Origin: Ruditapes philippinarum
Taxonomy: Eukaryota
Direction of reading: 5' to 3'
Assembly (NCBI RefSeq): GCF_026571515.1
Contig: NW_026856822.1
Coordinates: 1 to 64,000 of the forward strand
DNA: 64,000 nt
The notes under the pieces were generated by a model. The model was not told the DNA's origin. It saw nothing but the letters and a program-made list of their open reading frames with translations, and did no database searches. Of the stretch, positions 27,001 through 40,720 are shown piece by piece (the first letter of the stretch is position 1; every line of letters begins with the position of its first letter). A program made the position numbers and the translations under genes.

Positions 27001-29868
27001 CTGTTGTCAGATGTTGTACTTATAATAATGAGTGTAGGTGTGTATTCAACCCTAAAATTAATATTCGAATGTGTGGAATATATTCGAATTATCGAATTTC
27101 GGATGTTCAGATAGATATTTGATTTTTATTTAATTCTTTGGTATTTTAATTAATGAAATATATTTGGATAACAACTAAAACTAAGTTTTCATGTGCAGGC
27201 TTGTAAAGACAGCCAGAGCGACCCAGATTTTTGTATTGTTGCACGTGTCGAGGCATTTATCGCTGGTTGGGGCCTTGACGAGGCTTTAAAAAGAGCGGAG
27301 GCATACAGGAACGCTGGTATGATTCTCTACTTTGTTAAAAATGTTATTTATAAGTTTAAATTCGAATGATTGATGATAACATAGAGTGGTACACATCTAT
27401 TCGAGTTTTTACTGCCACATCATTGATTGATTGATGATTGGTTGAATGAATTGACGATTGAATGGTTAATGATTAAACGATTATTGATTGAATTGAATGG
27501 TTGAATTTGATGATTGAATCGAATGATTGATTATTGATAGATTGATGATTGAATCAGTGATACTTAAATATTTAACTATGACCAGCAAAATAAATGGAAT
27601 GCTTTAATAATTCCCAATGTCTGTGCAAGTCTCGACAGGGGTAACTTTAATGATTTATTTTAGGGACTCAACCGACTCGCCTCTCACCGCATTGATACCT
27701 ATTTCTCAATTAAAAATACCATTTAGAGAAAAATAAAGAGATAAAAAAAACTTTATTTATGGAAAAAAATTATTTATAAAATAAAAAATTTATAAAAAAG
27801 ATATATGAACTGTTAAACATGTTTTAAACTGGATATTGCATTAATTAAAACGTTGTAAAATATTATGCTGTTGAATTAATTTTAATTTATCTGTCTCCTA
27901 TGCAGTCCTATTTATAGTTACGAATTTTATTAATTTAAATAGAAAACGAAAGTAGCATGCGGACGATGTTGATACTGTGAAATAAACTTTAAAGATCACT
28001 TAAAATCATTCGAGTAACCGAGTACTCGATAGGAAAAGTGACCGAGTACTCGAGTAGTGATTTTTGTATTCGTTGCCATCCCTAGAAATAATTATGAAGA
28101 GGTACCCTTAAAATATGTGGTAATCTGAAATATGTTTAATCTAATTTCAAGGTTTAAACATATGAGAATCACTTGAAAAAATGAGTTAGCAAGAAAACAC
28201 CATTTTATCAATATTTTCAATATTCCTTACTGCAAATTTATGAAATATAGAAATTTGTTACTGTTTACTTATAGGTGCTGATGCCATTTTGATGCATAGT
28301 AAGAAAAGTGATCCGTCCGATATTGAGGCCTTTATGAAGGCTTGGAACAATCAGGTATGTTTTCATAATCAGGCTGTTAAGACCTACCTGGCTTCTTGCG
28401 CTGCCGCGTCAGTACGGTGGTTTTGTTTTGGCGCCTGAACAGCTATGGTCATCTGCTATGACTGAGTATTAAACCACGCCCACGTGTGACACATGGGTGT
28501 GTCTGTGATTTTGTTAGAAAAGTGCAATGCTTTATTCAAGTTAATGTATTCTTTCAGGGACCGGTTGCAATGGCACCTAGGAAGTAAATGGCATGCATTT
28601 CAGTCCATATATTCTTTCAGGGATCAGTTCTGATCGAACAAGTACCTACAAAATTGTTACCACGCCGACTCAGAATTTCTATAAATGGGCGTGTCTTTGG
28701 TTTTATTGGGAAAGTTAATGCCATGCACGGAAGTTAATATTTATTTTCAATTCAGTGACAAAATATGTGACCACGCCAACACAGAATATTTATGACATTA
28801 AGGCGTGTCAAAGATTTATTGGGAATGATAATGGCATACATTGTTATTACATTCAAGTTATAGTTAATACAAATTCATTTTAGTTCGATTGTGTTGTAAG
28901 CTATAAGCTTATTGAAATAATCTCGAATTCGTTCCTGGAACAAACCAGTCCTAAGCAATGAGAGTAAAGTTTTTTGCTCAAGGAAGCAACGGCTTGCCAC
29001 AGACAGGGTTTGAACCAACGCGGCCAGCAAACCTTAGATCATTAGTTCAACGCGTTAACAACTCAGCCACGCCGCCATACATTCATTTTCATGTATTTCT
29101 TTTCAGGGACCAGTTGTGATAGTACCTACTAAGTATTATACCACGCCCACTCAGCACTTCCAAGACATGGGCGTGTCCATGATTATATGGGCCAATCATA
29201 ATCTCAGGTCGTCCATTAAAGCTATGCAAGAGACATCGGCTCGTATTTTCAAAGACTCTTCACTGACTGGAGTAGAACCTAATGTAAGTCCTGTGAAATT
29301 TCCTAATTGAAATACAAAATGTACGTGTATATTGAATATTTCAGACACTGCATCATACATTATGGATGATTTATTCAAACGTCATTTTTAAACCGATTTG
29401 CCTAACATTTTGTGATAAATTATTTATTCATAAAACTTACAACTGTGTCNNNNNNNNNNNNNNNNNNNNNNNNNNNNNNNNNNNNNNNNNNNNNNNNNNN
29501 NNNNNNNNNNNNNNNNNNNNNNNNNNNNNNNNNNNNNNNNNNNNNNNNNNNNNNNNNNNNNNNNNNNNNNNNNNNNNNNNNNNNNNNNNNNNNNNNNNNN
29601 NNNNNNNNNNNNNNNNNNNNNNNNNNNNNNNNNNNNNNNNNNNNNNNNNNNNNNNNNNNNNNNNNNNNNNNNNNNNNNNNNNNNNNNNNNNNNNNNNNNN
29701 NNNNNNNNNNNNNNNNNNNNNNNNNNNNNNNNNNNNNNNNNNNNNNNNNNNNNNAAAGTTTTTTTTTTTCTGTATTGATTTCAGATTGTTTCAGTGAAAG
29801 AGGTATTCCGGCTACAGAATGACCAAGAATTAGTCAAAGCTGAAGATATATACCTTCCAAAGGAGTAA
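24097..29868 (+). CDS. PEPM: Phosphoenolpyruvate phosphomutase (PEP mutase), 338 aa, 9 coding exons
   Basis: Exons 24097-24175, 24349-24416, 25595-25691, 26079-26161, 26484-26714, 27199-27316, 28275-28354, 29107-29283, 29785-29868. All introns are GT-AG and phases are consistent (1017 nt). Contains [40 protein letters not shown], the PEP-mutase signature [37 protein letters not shown] and [10 protein letters not shown]. It is colinear with the Mytilus enzyme as recalled. Exons 1-2 are less certain than exons 3-9. Confidence 0.97.
24528..24650 (-). mobile_element. CORE-like SINE fragment
   Basis: CCTGGAACTAACCAGTACTG..TTTCTTGCTCAAGGAAACAA..GGGTTCGAATCC; same family as 28900-29077. Confidence 0.65.
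25344..25527. mobile_element. Small MITE with 17-bp TIRs (hAT-like CAG termini)
   Basis: CAGTGTTTATTCTAGGA ... TCCTAGAATAGACACTG (1 mismatch); no clean TSD. Confidence 0.7.
27365..27560. repeat. (TGAT/TGAA)n low-complexity tract
   Basis: Seen directly in PEPM intron 6. Confidence 0.85.
28441..28835 (+). pseudogene. Three to four decayed partial duplicates of PEP mutase exon 8 inside intron 7
   Basis: TTCTTTCAG|GGACCGGTTG (28558) and TTCTTTTCAG|GGATCAGTT..GTACCTAC..ACCACGCCGACTCAG..ATGGGCGTGTC (28621) match the true exon 8 start TTTTTCAG|GGACCAGTTG..GTACCTAC..ACCACGCCCACTCAG..ATGGGCGTGTC. Further ACCACGCC..GGC/TGTGTC units are at ~28472 and ~28769. Confidence 0.8.
28900..29077 (-). mobile_element. 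tRNA-derived CORE-like SINE
   Basis: On the minus strand: A box (GTGGCTGAGTTGTTAACGCG), B box (GGTTCAAACC), then a CORE-like CCTTGAGCAAAAAACTTTAC. Confidence 0.75.
29450..29754. other. Assembly gap (N run) in PEPM intron 8
   Basis: N bases. The flanking exons join in frame, so no coding exon appears to be missing. Confidence 1.
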
Positions 29869-29999
29869 ATAAAATATAGCAAACTAGTTATTTAAAAAAT
29901 GATGGGAAAATAGTGGGATAATAAGGTATAAACGCTCTAATAATAAAGAGTACATTGCATAATAATTATATTTATACATGTTGTTTAGGAGCAAATACT

Positions 30000-30430
30000 T
30001 AATCATGATGATAAAAAAAGAATAATAATGATAGAAATGATGATTAGGATAAAAATGATGATAATAATAAAATCATAACGAAAACATTCATACTGAAAAA
30101 ATAGAAGAAAAAAATGATAATTATAAAAAAGATAACCCGAAATTGTTAAGATAATAATAAAAATGATATTGATTATGTTAAAAAAGTGATAACTAAAGTG
30201 ATAAAAATGATGATGAAAAAGTAAGTAACAATAATTATAAAAATGATAATCATTTTTCAAAAATGATAATGATAGTTAAATGATAATAATGTTGTTTATA
30301 TTGATGGTAGAAGGACAAAAATGAGACAAAATGGTTTTACATGTTAATGGTCTATCTAAAGAGTACATATAGCGTGGTCTTGATAATTAAAAGATAATCA
30401 AAATGATGATAGTAATAAGATAATAAGGAT
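30000..30430. repeat. ATG/ATA low-complexity tract
   Basis: Seen directly, 3' of PEPM. Confidence 0.8.
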
Positions 30431-31620
30431 AATATGAAATTATATTCATATTTGGTCTCGCAAAGGTGGAAACATAAAGTATAATAATAACATGAATGAA
30501 ATAATCACTATAGGACAAAAGGGTATATTACATGTATTTTTCTTATACATGTACATTCATATACAATGTATACATAAGTATATTTTACATGTTCAACTCA
30601 TATGTAATCAAAATGTGTCTAAAACTATTTATACACCACCAGTAGGCTGTCATTGAATATCGCGATACCGATATATCGTCATTATTCAACACTCGATTCA
30701 ACACTAAATTCACAATTTAGAATATTGATACAATTTCAAACACATTTCCCCTTGTCTTGTACAATTTCAAACACATTTCCCCTTGTCTTGTGCAAGTAAT
30801 CTCTAAATTTTGTCTGAATACCACAACAATCTTTTCTCTCACTGTTTATTGGCTAGTTCGGGAACCCACATTTAATTTTTATAGGTCAGTTAGGCAGAAT
30901 TTTAAGATAATAAACTTTCTTTTAGTTATATAAGATAATAAACTTTCTTTTAGTTATATAATATAATGTTGTGTGTGTGTGATGAATAAAAAAAATCATG
31001 TATATTACCATGATGACAGTTTGCGACACATTTCCAAACTGTTTCAACCGTACTATGTGTCTATATCGATATATGGCTCTCGATATATCGATACACGATT
31101 TTGAAAATTCATGAGAGACTGTCCTACTAGGAAGCCATGCAGTTGTAAGTTAATTTTAATCTGAAAAAAAAATCATCATACTGCTGATTTCATGTTATTG
31201 CACCAAATATTGTAATAATATATATTATATGAACTTAATTTGATACTAATTTTTGTCATTGTGAATGTACTAACCATCTATATATACTTTTGTAATTCTT
31301 TACGTATTTATTGTTATAAACTTTCCTACACACTCTTTTTGATACGTCCATACATTATGATTTCTCTTCGCGGAGATATATTCTGCTTTCTTGCTTGTAT
31401 TTCAAGCTGTGTGTTCAGGAATATACAGTACACAGGGTAACATCTCCACATGTTTGGACGCTCCATTTTATATCATCTCCGTAGACAATCAAATTTCTTT
31501 AGTCATTTCCTCAATGTTTATGTAGTTGTTCGGTCAAAATAGAAATTTATGATAGTTCACTTCAGTGTTCTTACTGTAAAGTTTTGACATTGAGTTTGAA
31601 AACTGACCAAGACAAACTTG

Positions 31621-32170
31621 CAGGACCATAAAATTGATATAGGCATTGTGATTGTCCAATAAAAAGCATTGTTACAAACACACAGTACCATAAAACTGAT
31701 ATAGACATTATGATTGGCCAATGAAAATCAATGTTACAAACATGCAGTACCATAAAACTGATATAGACATTATGATTGACCAATGAAAATCAATGTTACA
31801 AACATGCAGTACCATAAAACTGATATAGACATTATGATTGACCAATGAAAATCAATGTTACAAACCTGCAGTACCATAAAACTACTATAGACATTGTGAT
31901 TGACCAATGAAAATTAATGTTACAAACCTGCAGTACCATAAAACTACTATAGACATTGAGATTGACCAATGAAAATCAATGTTACAAACCTGCAGTACCA
32001 TAAAACTACTATAGACATTGTGATTGACCAATGAAAATCAATGTTACAAACCTGTAGTACCATAAAACTGATATAGACATTGTGACTAATGGAAATCAAT
32101 GTTACAAACCTGTAGTACCATAAAACTGATATTGACATTGTGACTAATGAAAATCAATGTTCCCAAACGT
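31621..32170. repeat. 62-bp minisatellite, ~9 copies
   Basis: Unit GTACCATAAAACTGATATAGACATTATGATTGACCAATGAAAATCAATGTTACAAACATGCA, e.g. starting at 31685 and 31747; no unique spacers. Confidence 0.95.
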
Positions 32171-34002
32171 GTAGCATTATCAAAATATACGTACAGTAAA
32201 ACCTGTCCAAAAGAAGACCTTTATACAAATACGACATACTTTCATAATAATAGGACACCTATATATTGCTGTTTGATAATTACGTTGTCACATAGAATTC
32301 TTTGAGATATGTTTTTTATCTTTATATACTGTATACCCTTTAACATACTTTCTTTTTATTCTCACATTTCGTACGCAGTATATGTTGATCCTTTATCACA
32401 TGTTAACAGAGACTTTTTTAAACCTTTTCTCTTAAAACGGGTTTTGTAGACTTGTTTGACTGTACCTAGCTATTACCTAGCTATAGGATGATTGTACAAA
32501 AATGTCTTTGCTCCAAATGTAAACAATCAACAAGATATAACCTCATTGCGCATATTCAATATACATATTTTATTGTATACATGTACATTAATCAAAATAG
32601 TATTTAAAGTTAGTCATTTAGATAGGTATCGGACGCCAATTGATTAAATATTATTTTAATTATTTAAGTATTCTCAGCCCCCTTGTCAGGGAAAATTTTT
32701 AAATAAATAAAATTTAAAATCTATTTCTATATAAATTTAAATTCAGTTTTTAAAATATCTTTTTAACATTTTGGTTTTTAATTTCATAAATTTTTACAGT
32801 ACTTTATAACACGGGGGGCTTTACAAAATTTCAATTTTTTAACCTCCCAAACATTTATCATTTTCCATTTAGATCTTTTTTTTTGTTATTTATTCATTTA
32901 TACTTGCATTCCAGTTATTTGTTCTTTTTCTTCTTTGTGTTAACTCATATTTATTTTATTCATGACTCGCCGAATCTCTTTGTTACTGATTATTGTGTGT
33001 TTACTTTACAGAACTTAGCCAATTAACTTATCCTTCATTTTAAGACAATGAAAACGCTTGACAGTAGTTAAATAATTAATTCATTTCGATAAATCGTAAT
33101 GAATTTTGGCTGCATATAGTTTCTCGGTCTTTTTAAGCTCCACCTACTATCGTTACTATATTTAGACATGTCACGTGTCATTATTGTTAAAAACTCAAGC
33201 CAATGAAAATGAAGTTTATGTTTCAAGTCAATTTATATCAATTAAGTAAAAACTTATTGTTTTGAGAGAGGCTTGATCACTACTTCTTGCCCCGCCCACC
33301 GGGAATAAGCGTTTACTAAATACATTAAACATGTAGCTATTAAAATGTTTATAATAGCGAATCTCTTAACTTATGTTTCTCATAATCTATTTTTATCTTT
33401 TTATTAATTTAAAAAGTTGTTGTGATTCTTAAAATAGATATGATACAATGTTGTTTTTTATCTTCAATACTCTTTACATATTCTGTACATGACCAAGTTA
33501 AATTTGTTTAATTTATAAGTCATTATACTTTAATTGAGTTTCTCTTCTGTTTCGCCACTTTTACGCACGTCATTTAGCTAATGACGTCACAATTCTATGT
33601 TAAACAAGTTTTTGTTTTTTGATTTTCTGGTAATCGATATGGAACTTCAATATTTAATGTTTAATTTTGGTTAATGATGATAAATTATCAATTGTAAGGG
33701 ATTATCAATAAAATCAAAGTGGTAACCTGTTGTTGATGTTGTTGTTTTTATCAAGGAGGAAAATGATTGTCGGAGGAGAAAGAAATAATTAAGATCCGAG
33801 ACACTATGAGTTTAAGCATGTGAGATTTTAGACAAAATACATCATCTGTAGTGCATATTTATATTCATGTGATTTGTTCCAGTCTATCAATCTATTAGTC
33901 TAGAGTTCCTTCCCCTTGTACTACTTTCCGTAGTAAATGTAGGCAGGGAACCAGTCTATCAAACTCTGTGGTAAATATGATCGAATCACAGATAGATACC
34001 AA

Positions 34003-34400
34003 TTTTTAGCTCTCCCAGCTGAAGGTGAGCTATTTTGACGCGGCAGTGTCCGTCGTGCGTCGTCAACATCTGCTAAACCGTTGGATCAATTTTGTTAAAG
34101 CTATGACGGATTGTTCTTGGCATGCAGTTTTTTTTCAAAATTGTTTAAAGAATTTCATACCATGTAGAACTTTGGTTGCCATGGCAAACGAAAGGGAAAA
34201 AACTTTAATATATTTTCCACTACCACAATGTGATAAGGGACAGAACTTTTATCAAGTTTGTTCAAAGTTCAAATTGGCCCACGTCTGGAGTTATGGTTTT
34301 CCTTATATGTACATAACCATAGCTTAAAAATATTTTCATCAAAAACCACAAGAGTTTAGATATTTGGTATGTAACAATGTATAGTGGGTCTCCAATGTTC
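34003..34400 (+). mobile_element. Partial HINE/pearl-like element
   Basis: TTTTTAGCTC..GAAGGTGAGCTA..GTCCGTCGTGCGTCGTC start, with a body similar to 35211-36080. A reverse-orientation relative is at ~42017-42238. Confidence 0.65.
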
Positions 34401-35210
34401 GTTAAGTTGGCAGCCTAACAGCCTGAAGTTGAAAGCCTAGCAACTAGCCTAAAGAAAGCTAACAATAGTACAAACATGAAAACGGTCGGAAATGTATTGA
34501 TAGCACTTCCTTAGATCATTCCATGCCTTTTTTCAATATCGTGATCTTTATTTTTGACGATGTTTTTTTTTATTCTGACGCTTTGAAATTGTGAAGTTGG
34601 CAGCCAAGCAGTCTAAATAAAACTAAGAATAGTACAAACATGAAAACTGTTGGAATTGCATCTGTGGCACTTATTTATACCATTCCACGTTTTTTATGCT
34701 CCCGGAGTCGCCGCCTTGTCCGTCCGTCTGTTCGTCCGTTGTCTTGTCCGGAGCATAACTTGAAAACCTTTAATGATGATTTGTTTAAGCTTCATATAGT
34801 GGTAGAGGGCATTGAGCCAGAGTGCAGTGTTAAAGAACCATATAACTCTATTTTGCACCGTTTTGAATTATCTCCCCTTTTAGAAAAATATTGTCCGTAT
34901 CTATAAGAGATATCAACATGAAACTTTGTAGGTAGTTAGATCTCAATAGGAAGCTGTGCAGTGCACAAGAATCCGTAACTCTGCCTAATCTATTTTTGGA
35001 GTTAATGCCCTTTGTTCATTTTTACACTTTGCCGGAACATAACTCTAAAATAATAAGAGATATCAACATGAAACTTTGTAGGTAGATAGATCTCATTGAG
35101 TAGAAGCGCAGTGCAAGAGAACCAAGTCTGGGCGGGAAAACGCTCGACTTTTTTTTAAAGCAACCAAATAGACGTTTAATCAAATAAAAGAAAATTAAGT
35201 TTTTCCTTTT

Positions 35211-36080
35211 TAGCTCACCTGTCACAAAGTGACAGGGTGAGCTTTTGTGATCGCTTTTCGTCTGGCGTCCGTCCGTCGTCCGTAAATTTTTACTTTAAAT
35301 GACAACTCCTCATAAACCAATAGGCCAATTTCATCCAAACTTCACAGGAATGTTCCGTTGGTGGTCACCTTTAAAAACTGTTTCAAAGAATTTAATTCCA
35401 TGCAGAACTCTGGTTGCCATGGCAACCGAATGAAAAAACTTTAAATATCTTCTTTTAAAAAACCCTAAGAGCTAGAGCTTAGATATTTGGCATGAAACAT
35501 CTTCTAGTGAGTGTCTACCAAGTTTGTTCAAATAAAAGCCCTGGGGTCAAAATTGGCCCCGCCCCAGGGGGTCATTGATTTTCCCTATATGCATACAGTA
35601 AAAACTTAAAAAATCTTCTTTCAAAGAACTCAAAGAGCTAGAGCTAAGATATTAAGCATCAAACATGTTCTAATAGGTGTCTACCAAGTTTGTTCAAATA
35701 AAAGCCCTGGGGTCAAATTTGGCCCCGCCCCGGTGGTCATTGATTTCCGTATATGTGTATAGCAAAAACTTAAAATCTTCTTTGAAAAAACCCAAATAGC
35801 TAGAGTTTAGATATTAAGCATGAAACATCTTCTGGTAAGTGTCTACAAAGTTTGTTCATATATAAGCCCTGGGGTCAAAATTGGCCTGCCCCAGGGGTGT
35901 CATTGTTTTTAACTATATGTGTATAGTAAAAACTTAAAAAAATCTTCTTTTAAAAAGCCCAATGAGCTTGAGCTTAGATGTTTAGCATGAAACATCTTCT
36001 TATGGGTGTGTGTGTGTGTGTGGGGGGGGGGGGGGGCTATATACAGGTGATCGACCTCAGGGCCATCATGGCCCTCTTGT
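35211..36080 (+). mobile_element. Full-length Helentron-associated interspersed element (HINE/pearl-like)
   Basis: 5' TAGCTCACCTG with inverted partner CAGGGTGAGCT, a GTCC microsatellite, ~3 central ~165-bp tandem units (GCCCTGGGGTCAAA at ~35539, 35704, 35866), 3' subTIR CAGGTGA, terminal palindrome AGGGCCATCATGGCCCT, and T-rich flanks. Confidence 0.85.
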
Positions 36081-39000
36081 TTCATTTAAATAGGTATGTC
36101 TATAGTCACACTTGTTTTGTCCAAATATGAATTATTTGCATACATAAATGACAAAGTTAAGAAAATAACAGCAAAATTCAGTCATCTGACCTTGACGGTC
36201 AAGATCATTTAAAGGTCAAGGTCATATCTAAATTATTCAACATGTCATTTTGGTGGCAAGTGTTGTTTTATTGATATACGAATAAAATCCGTACATAAAT
36301 AACAAAATTATGACAACTTCACCAAATACAATCATTTGACATTGACAGTCAAGGTCATTTAAAGCTCAAGGTCAGTTCAATCTTTTAGGTATTTGTTTTG
36401 TCAAAGTATAAAGATAATCTATTGATTGATTACCAATTTGCAGCCAATTATAGTAATATCAGTGAAATTTATATAATTTGACCTTCAAGGTCTAGGTCAT
36501 ACACGAGTCAATGTCAGTTTGGCTTTGATATACATGAAGGTCCTAACCTAAAAGATGTTGTGTCTAAGCATGAAGTTAATCTTTTTATAAATAGAAAAGG
36601 AAAGTTATTGCCAGTTACAGGAAAAACCAAGAGAATTTCTTTTATTTTGACCTTGACAGTCAACGTCTATTAAAGGTCAAGGTCAGTTCTAAATAAGTTT
36701 GGTAGAAAGTCTTGTTTTGTCTAAATATAAATCAAATCCGTACATAAATGACAATTTAACCAAAATTGAATAATTTGACCTTGACCGTCAAAGTCATTTA
36801 AAACTCAAGGTCAGTTAAACCTTTTAGAAGTCCTTGTCCAAAAGACTGTTTTGTCCAAGTTTAAAGGTAATTCATTTATTTATAACAAAGGTCTTTATAG
36901 CTACCCACTTTGCATAATCTTCTTTAAACGATATCCTCTTTTACACATGCCACATGCACTTGTAATTCTAAACTGAAAACAAAATCGGTGATGAACAAAA
37001 TTTAAATAAATGCTCATTCTTCAGAAAAAAGGATATATGTCGTGTGACAAAGGAATCTCTGTCTATTGCTGCTTTGTCCAGTAACTTGAATCAGGCATGA
37101 AATGAACTGGGCCTTGAAACAACAACAACAAAAAAATTTAAGGTTATTTTGTGAAAATCCACATTGTAACATAACAATTGCGTTGTTTAATCCCCGTCGC
37201 CATTTTGTTCTGTGTAATCGGTTAGTTTCCGTAACGACAAAGTAAACAAAAGATGTTTCGGTTGCGTTTATCTCAAATTGTATCGCAAAAAGGAAGAAAA
37301 AATGTACAAACAGTCATGTTTGATATAGCTTACTATTGTAAAATAGTCCTTAATAATATTTAAAGATAGGTTCAGTCCGACCGATTTTTTCAATAATTTT
37401 TGACGTTTCAAGCAAGATTTTTTACAGAGAGACAATTTATTAACAAGATCTTCATTTATTTTTGCATCATAATTCTATACTGTTTAAATATATCGATAAT
37501 AAATGTATCTATTAGAAACATGACGATTTTTAATGATGTAAGCGATCACTGAAGCATACACTTTTATGGAACGCCGTTTCCCAACGAAGTCTTCCATCTT
37601 AAACATATCCATTATCCCGGCAAGCACGTGGCTGTGTTAACTTGGTGTTTGGCATTTACTTTATCATTGTACACTTTTTGTTTTGTGTAGAAAGCTTTGA
37701 AATAGGACTCCAAACAGAAATTATTCGTGTGGTTTTGCAAACCTTACAACTTAGACTGAAGGACAACGATACAACAGTTTCTCTGTCGTAAAATAAACTA
37801 CTTCGGATCACGTGATAAGATATAATAACAAAATAGATTCTGTTGTTGCCAATTTTATTATTTTCCAACAAATAATAAAAATATGAACGCATAACAAAAA
37901 CACGAATACATTTCTGTTGATTTGAAGCCTAACAAAAAAAGGCCATACTGAGATTCGGTTTTAACAAACAAAATATGATAAACAAGTTTACTTATTCAGC
38001 AAGTCACGTGATAAATTAATGAACTCGAAGCATAACAACAATACAAATATCGGGACATCATGAAATACTCGTACATGTACATACAATGTTGTATTTTTAA
38101 CATTTACAATTGAGAATTTAACGAAAAAATATTAAATATTAAATGCCCAATGAAAAACTTTGATAATGAACATGAAGAAGAATAGAAATGTTATTATTAC
38201 ATATACACACGTGACTATCCTTGTTTCAAGTATAGGTAATAACCTATTCAAACAAACAACTTCGCTTATAACGTCATCTCATCGATAAAAATGAATAAGA
38301 AACATTATAGGAGATTTGACACGATATCTTTAATAGCTGGAAATGTATCTTTGATTAAAAGATATTTCCGGTTTATACGGGTGGTCCAAACATACAAGTT
38401 TTATCCTATGACTTAATTATTACATTTTAGTATATACAGAAATATATCAAGAAATCTAAACCAGATTCAAGCAAAACAGTTAAAATAATAAACATTAAAC
38501 ATGGACTATTATAACAACCTTTTATACCTGTTGTTATTTTAAATGATAATTCGCAAACGCACTATGTTGGTTTTGTCATGGCGCGGCTCAAACATTATAA
38601 ATACGTAAAATCTCTGGTAAAATTAGTAGATAAGTAAATAAACAAAGAATTCTTTATACTGTACAATAGTACAAGTGTCTGTCCGATTTAATTATTTAAC
38701 ACAGGCACCACCAACGCAGACCAAAATCAGCAGTTTGTCTGATCATGGCATGTTCTTGTCACTAATCACTCAGTACATATTTTAAACTTTTCCCTTTAAT
38801 GATAAATGGTTTGGCCCATATTGAAAGATGGACACGTCCATTATTAGATATTCCCATGATCAGTAAGTGTTAATGTGCATGCTCATGGGTAAAAGAATGG
38901 TCAATGTCGAAAATTACCCTCCATTTTTTAAAGGACATAATAACTTATTCACCATTCGTATCGCCGAAACTATCTTGAACATTTGAGTCACTAATTATTA

Positions 39001-39444
39001 CAAAATCGAGGCAAATGTAACAAGGATACAAATTTTATCTGATTTCTTTCTGTGTTCAAGTTCGAGTCTAAAATTATTAATCTTCTTGAAAAAATATAAC
39101 TATTTTCTTGTAATAAAAACAACTAAATATATCTACTATATCTTAACAACAAATTCTTCTCTTTTTAAAAAAAAAAATATTTCACTGTTTATAATGTTTC
39201 AATGTTCTAGCTGAGGGGTCTGTAGTTTGAGTCCATTTAGGCATCCAAAAGTATGGGATCCATTGACTATGGCCGGCGTTATATTTCTCAAACATTCGCC
39301 GGTAGTAGAGCGCTTCTTTCGATCGTGGGGCATTGTGGGTATATTTCTTTGCTGCATCTTCTACCTCGCTGTCGTTTATCTGATAAAACAGAAGAATGCA
39401 TATTTAATTCATTATTTTAAGTGATATGAAAAAAAATCTCAATA

Positions 39445-39790
39445 AAGGCACATTATGCCTCAGAAATACAATTTTTCTAAATTCTTTAGCAATGTCAAAC
39501 ATGTGTTTAAAATTGTTTCAATAATGGATTTAGAGCATGTTACATGTTTAACATACAAAAAAAGTAGTGCTGACTGTGCAGTAATGTGCTGTAAAGTTAG
39601 CAAAACATAAACAAATTAGGATTTTGACTTCCATACAAAATACTAATTTAATTTAAATATATCAATTGCTTACAGAGCGAAAGAGGCAACAGATGCTCAA
39701 TATGCCAAAGATGTGTCGTTTTTGGAAATGGTAACAAAATACCAAACAGAAATCTAAATGGTAGCATTTTTGAGGTATAATAGGCCTTAA
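39445..39790. mobile_element. Second (T)TAA-flanked MITE family (AGGCACATTATGCCTCAGAA terminus)
   Basis: The same terminus occurs at ~13370 and ~42580; the latter closes with TTCTGGGGCGTAATGGGCTTTTAA at ~42946. Confidence 0.6.
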
Positions 39791-40194
39791 AGAAATTGTA
39801 AATAGGATATGATCACGAATTCATATACCAGAAGTTTAATAATAACCTTTAAACATTTGCAAAGAATAAAAAACTAGATGTTCCAAAATTAAAGATAAAC
39901 GAAACCTACCTGAACGTCAATATGGTTCTGCAGAACTTCGTACCACGACTTGGTAACGGATGACACGCCATCACTGAACGCTTCCTTTGGACGCCATAAA
40001 ATCTCCTCTGGTAATAAACCAATACCGGAAAATGCAGACCGCAGTAAATATTTTTCAATACCCTTTTTTGGGCGTTTATCACCATCAGGTAGAGACATGT
40101 AATAATGGCTTAAACGATGGTCCAAGAATGGCACACGTAACTCAAGTCTAAAATTAAAATAGAGGAATAATTCTTTAGTTTATACATTTATTTA

Positions 40195-40375
40195 AGCTTG
40201 ATTGCGAAACAAGTTCTTGCAACTTATATAAATCACTTTCGAGTCTGCTACCTGGAACAAACCAGTACTGGTGTCATATGAAGAAACATGGTCACGACTC
40301 GTGACCCGAGTAGGGTAGGGCTCCAGCCCATGGTCCCTGGGTTAAGAGACAGACACCTTAACCACTAGGACACAC
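40195..40375 (-). mobile_element. tRNA-derived SINE
   Basis: Minus-strand A box GTGTCCTAGTGGTTAAGG; shares the CCTGGAACAAACCAGTACT 3' segment with the SINEs at 24528 and 28900. Confidence 0.65.
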
Positions 40376-40720
40376 TAGGATCATATTTAGTTATACAAAA
40401 AGTATTTTTAATTTTAGAGATAAGATTATCCCTATAACAAAAAAAAAACTTGCAAATTAAATAAACTTACAAATCTAATTTTATTAGTTAGAAAAAATAA
40501 AAGAAACGTTTATTTACATACCCCCAAGCCGTAGTTGTTCTGTCAGCACGGAGGACATCAAACATGTATAAATCTTTGCAAAGTCGTCTGCTTTCCTCGC
40601 TAGCTTCCTCGATAGATGGCGCTTTATGGAAATAAATGTATCCTTGCGCCACTTCGTCGGAACCCTCACCTGACAATATCACAGTTGTGTCCGTCTTCTC
40701 TTTTATATACTGACTAATTA

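Noticed and set aside
24097-29868. PEP mutase as bacterial contamination or recent horizontal transfer
   Set aside because: It has eight spliceosomal introns containing host SINEs and MITEs, and closely follows the known mussel enzyme.
31621-32170. Regular 62-bp array resembling a CRISPR
   Set aside because: The units are repeated in full with no unique spacers, there are no cas genes, and the context is eukaryotic; it is a minisatellite.
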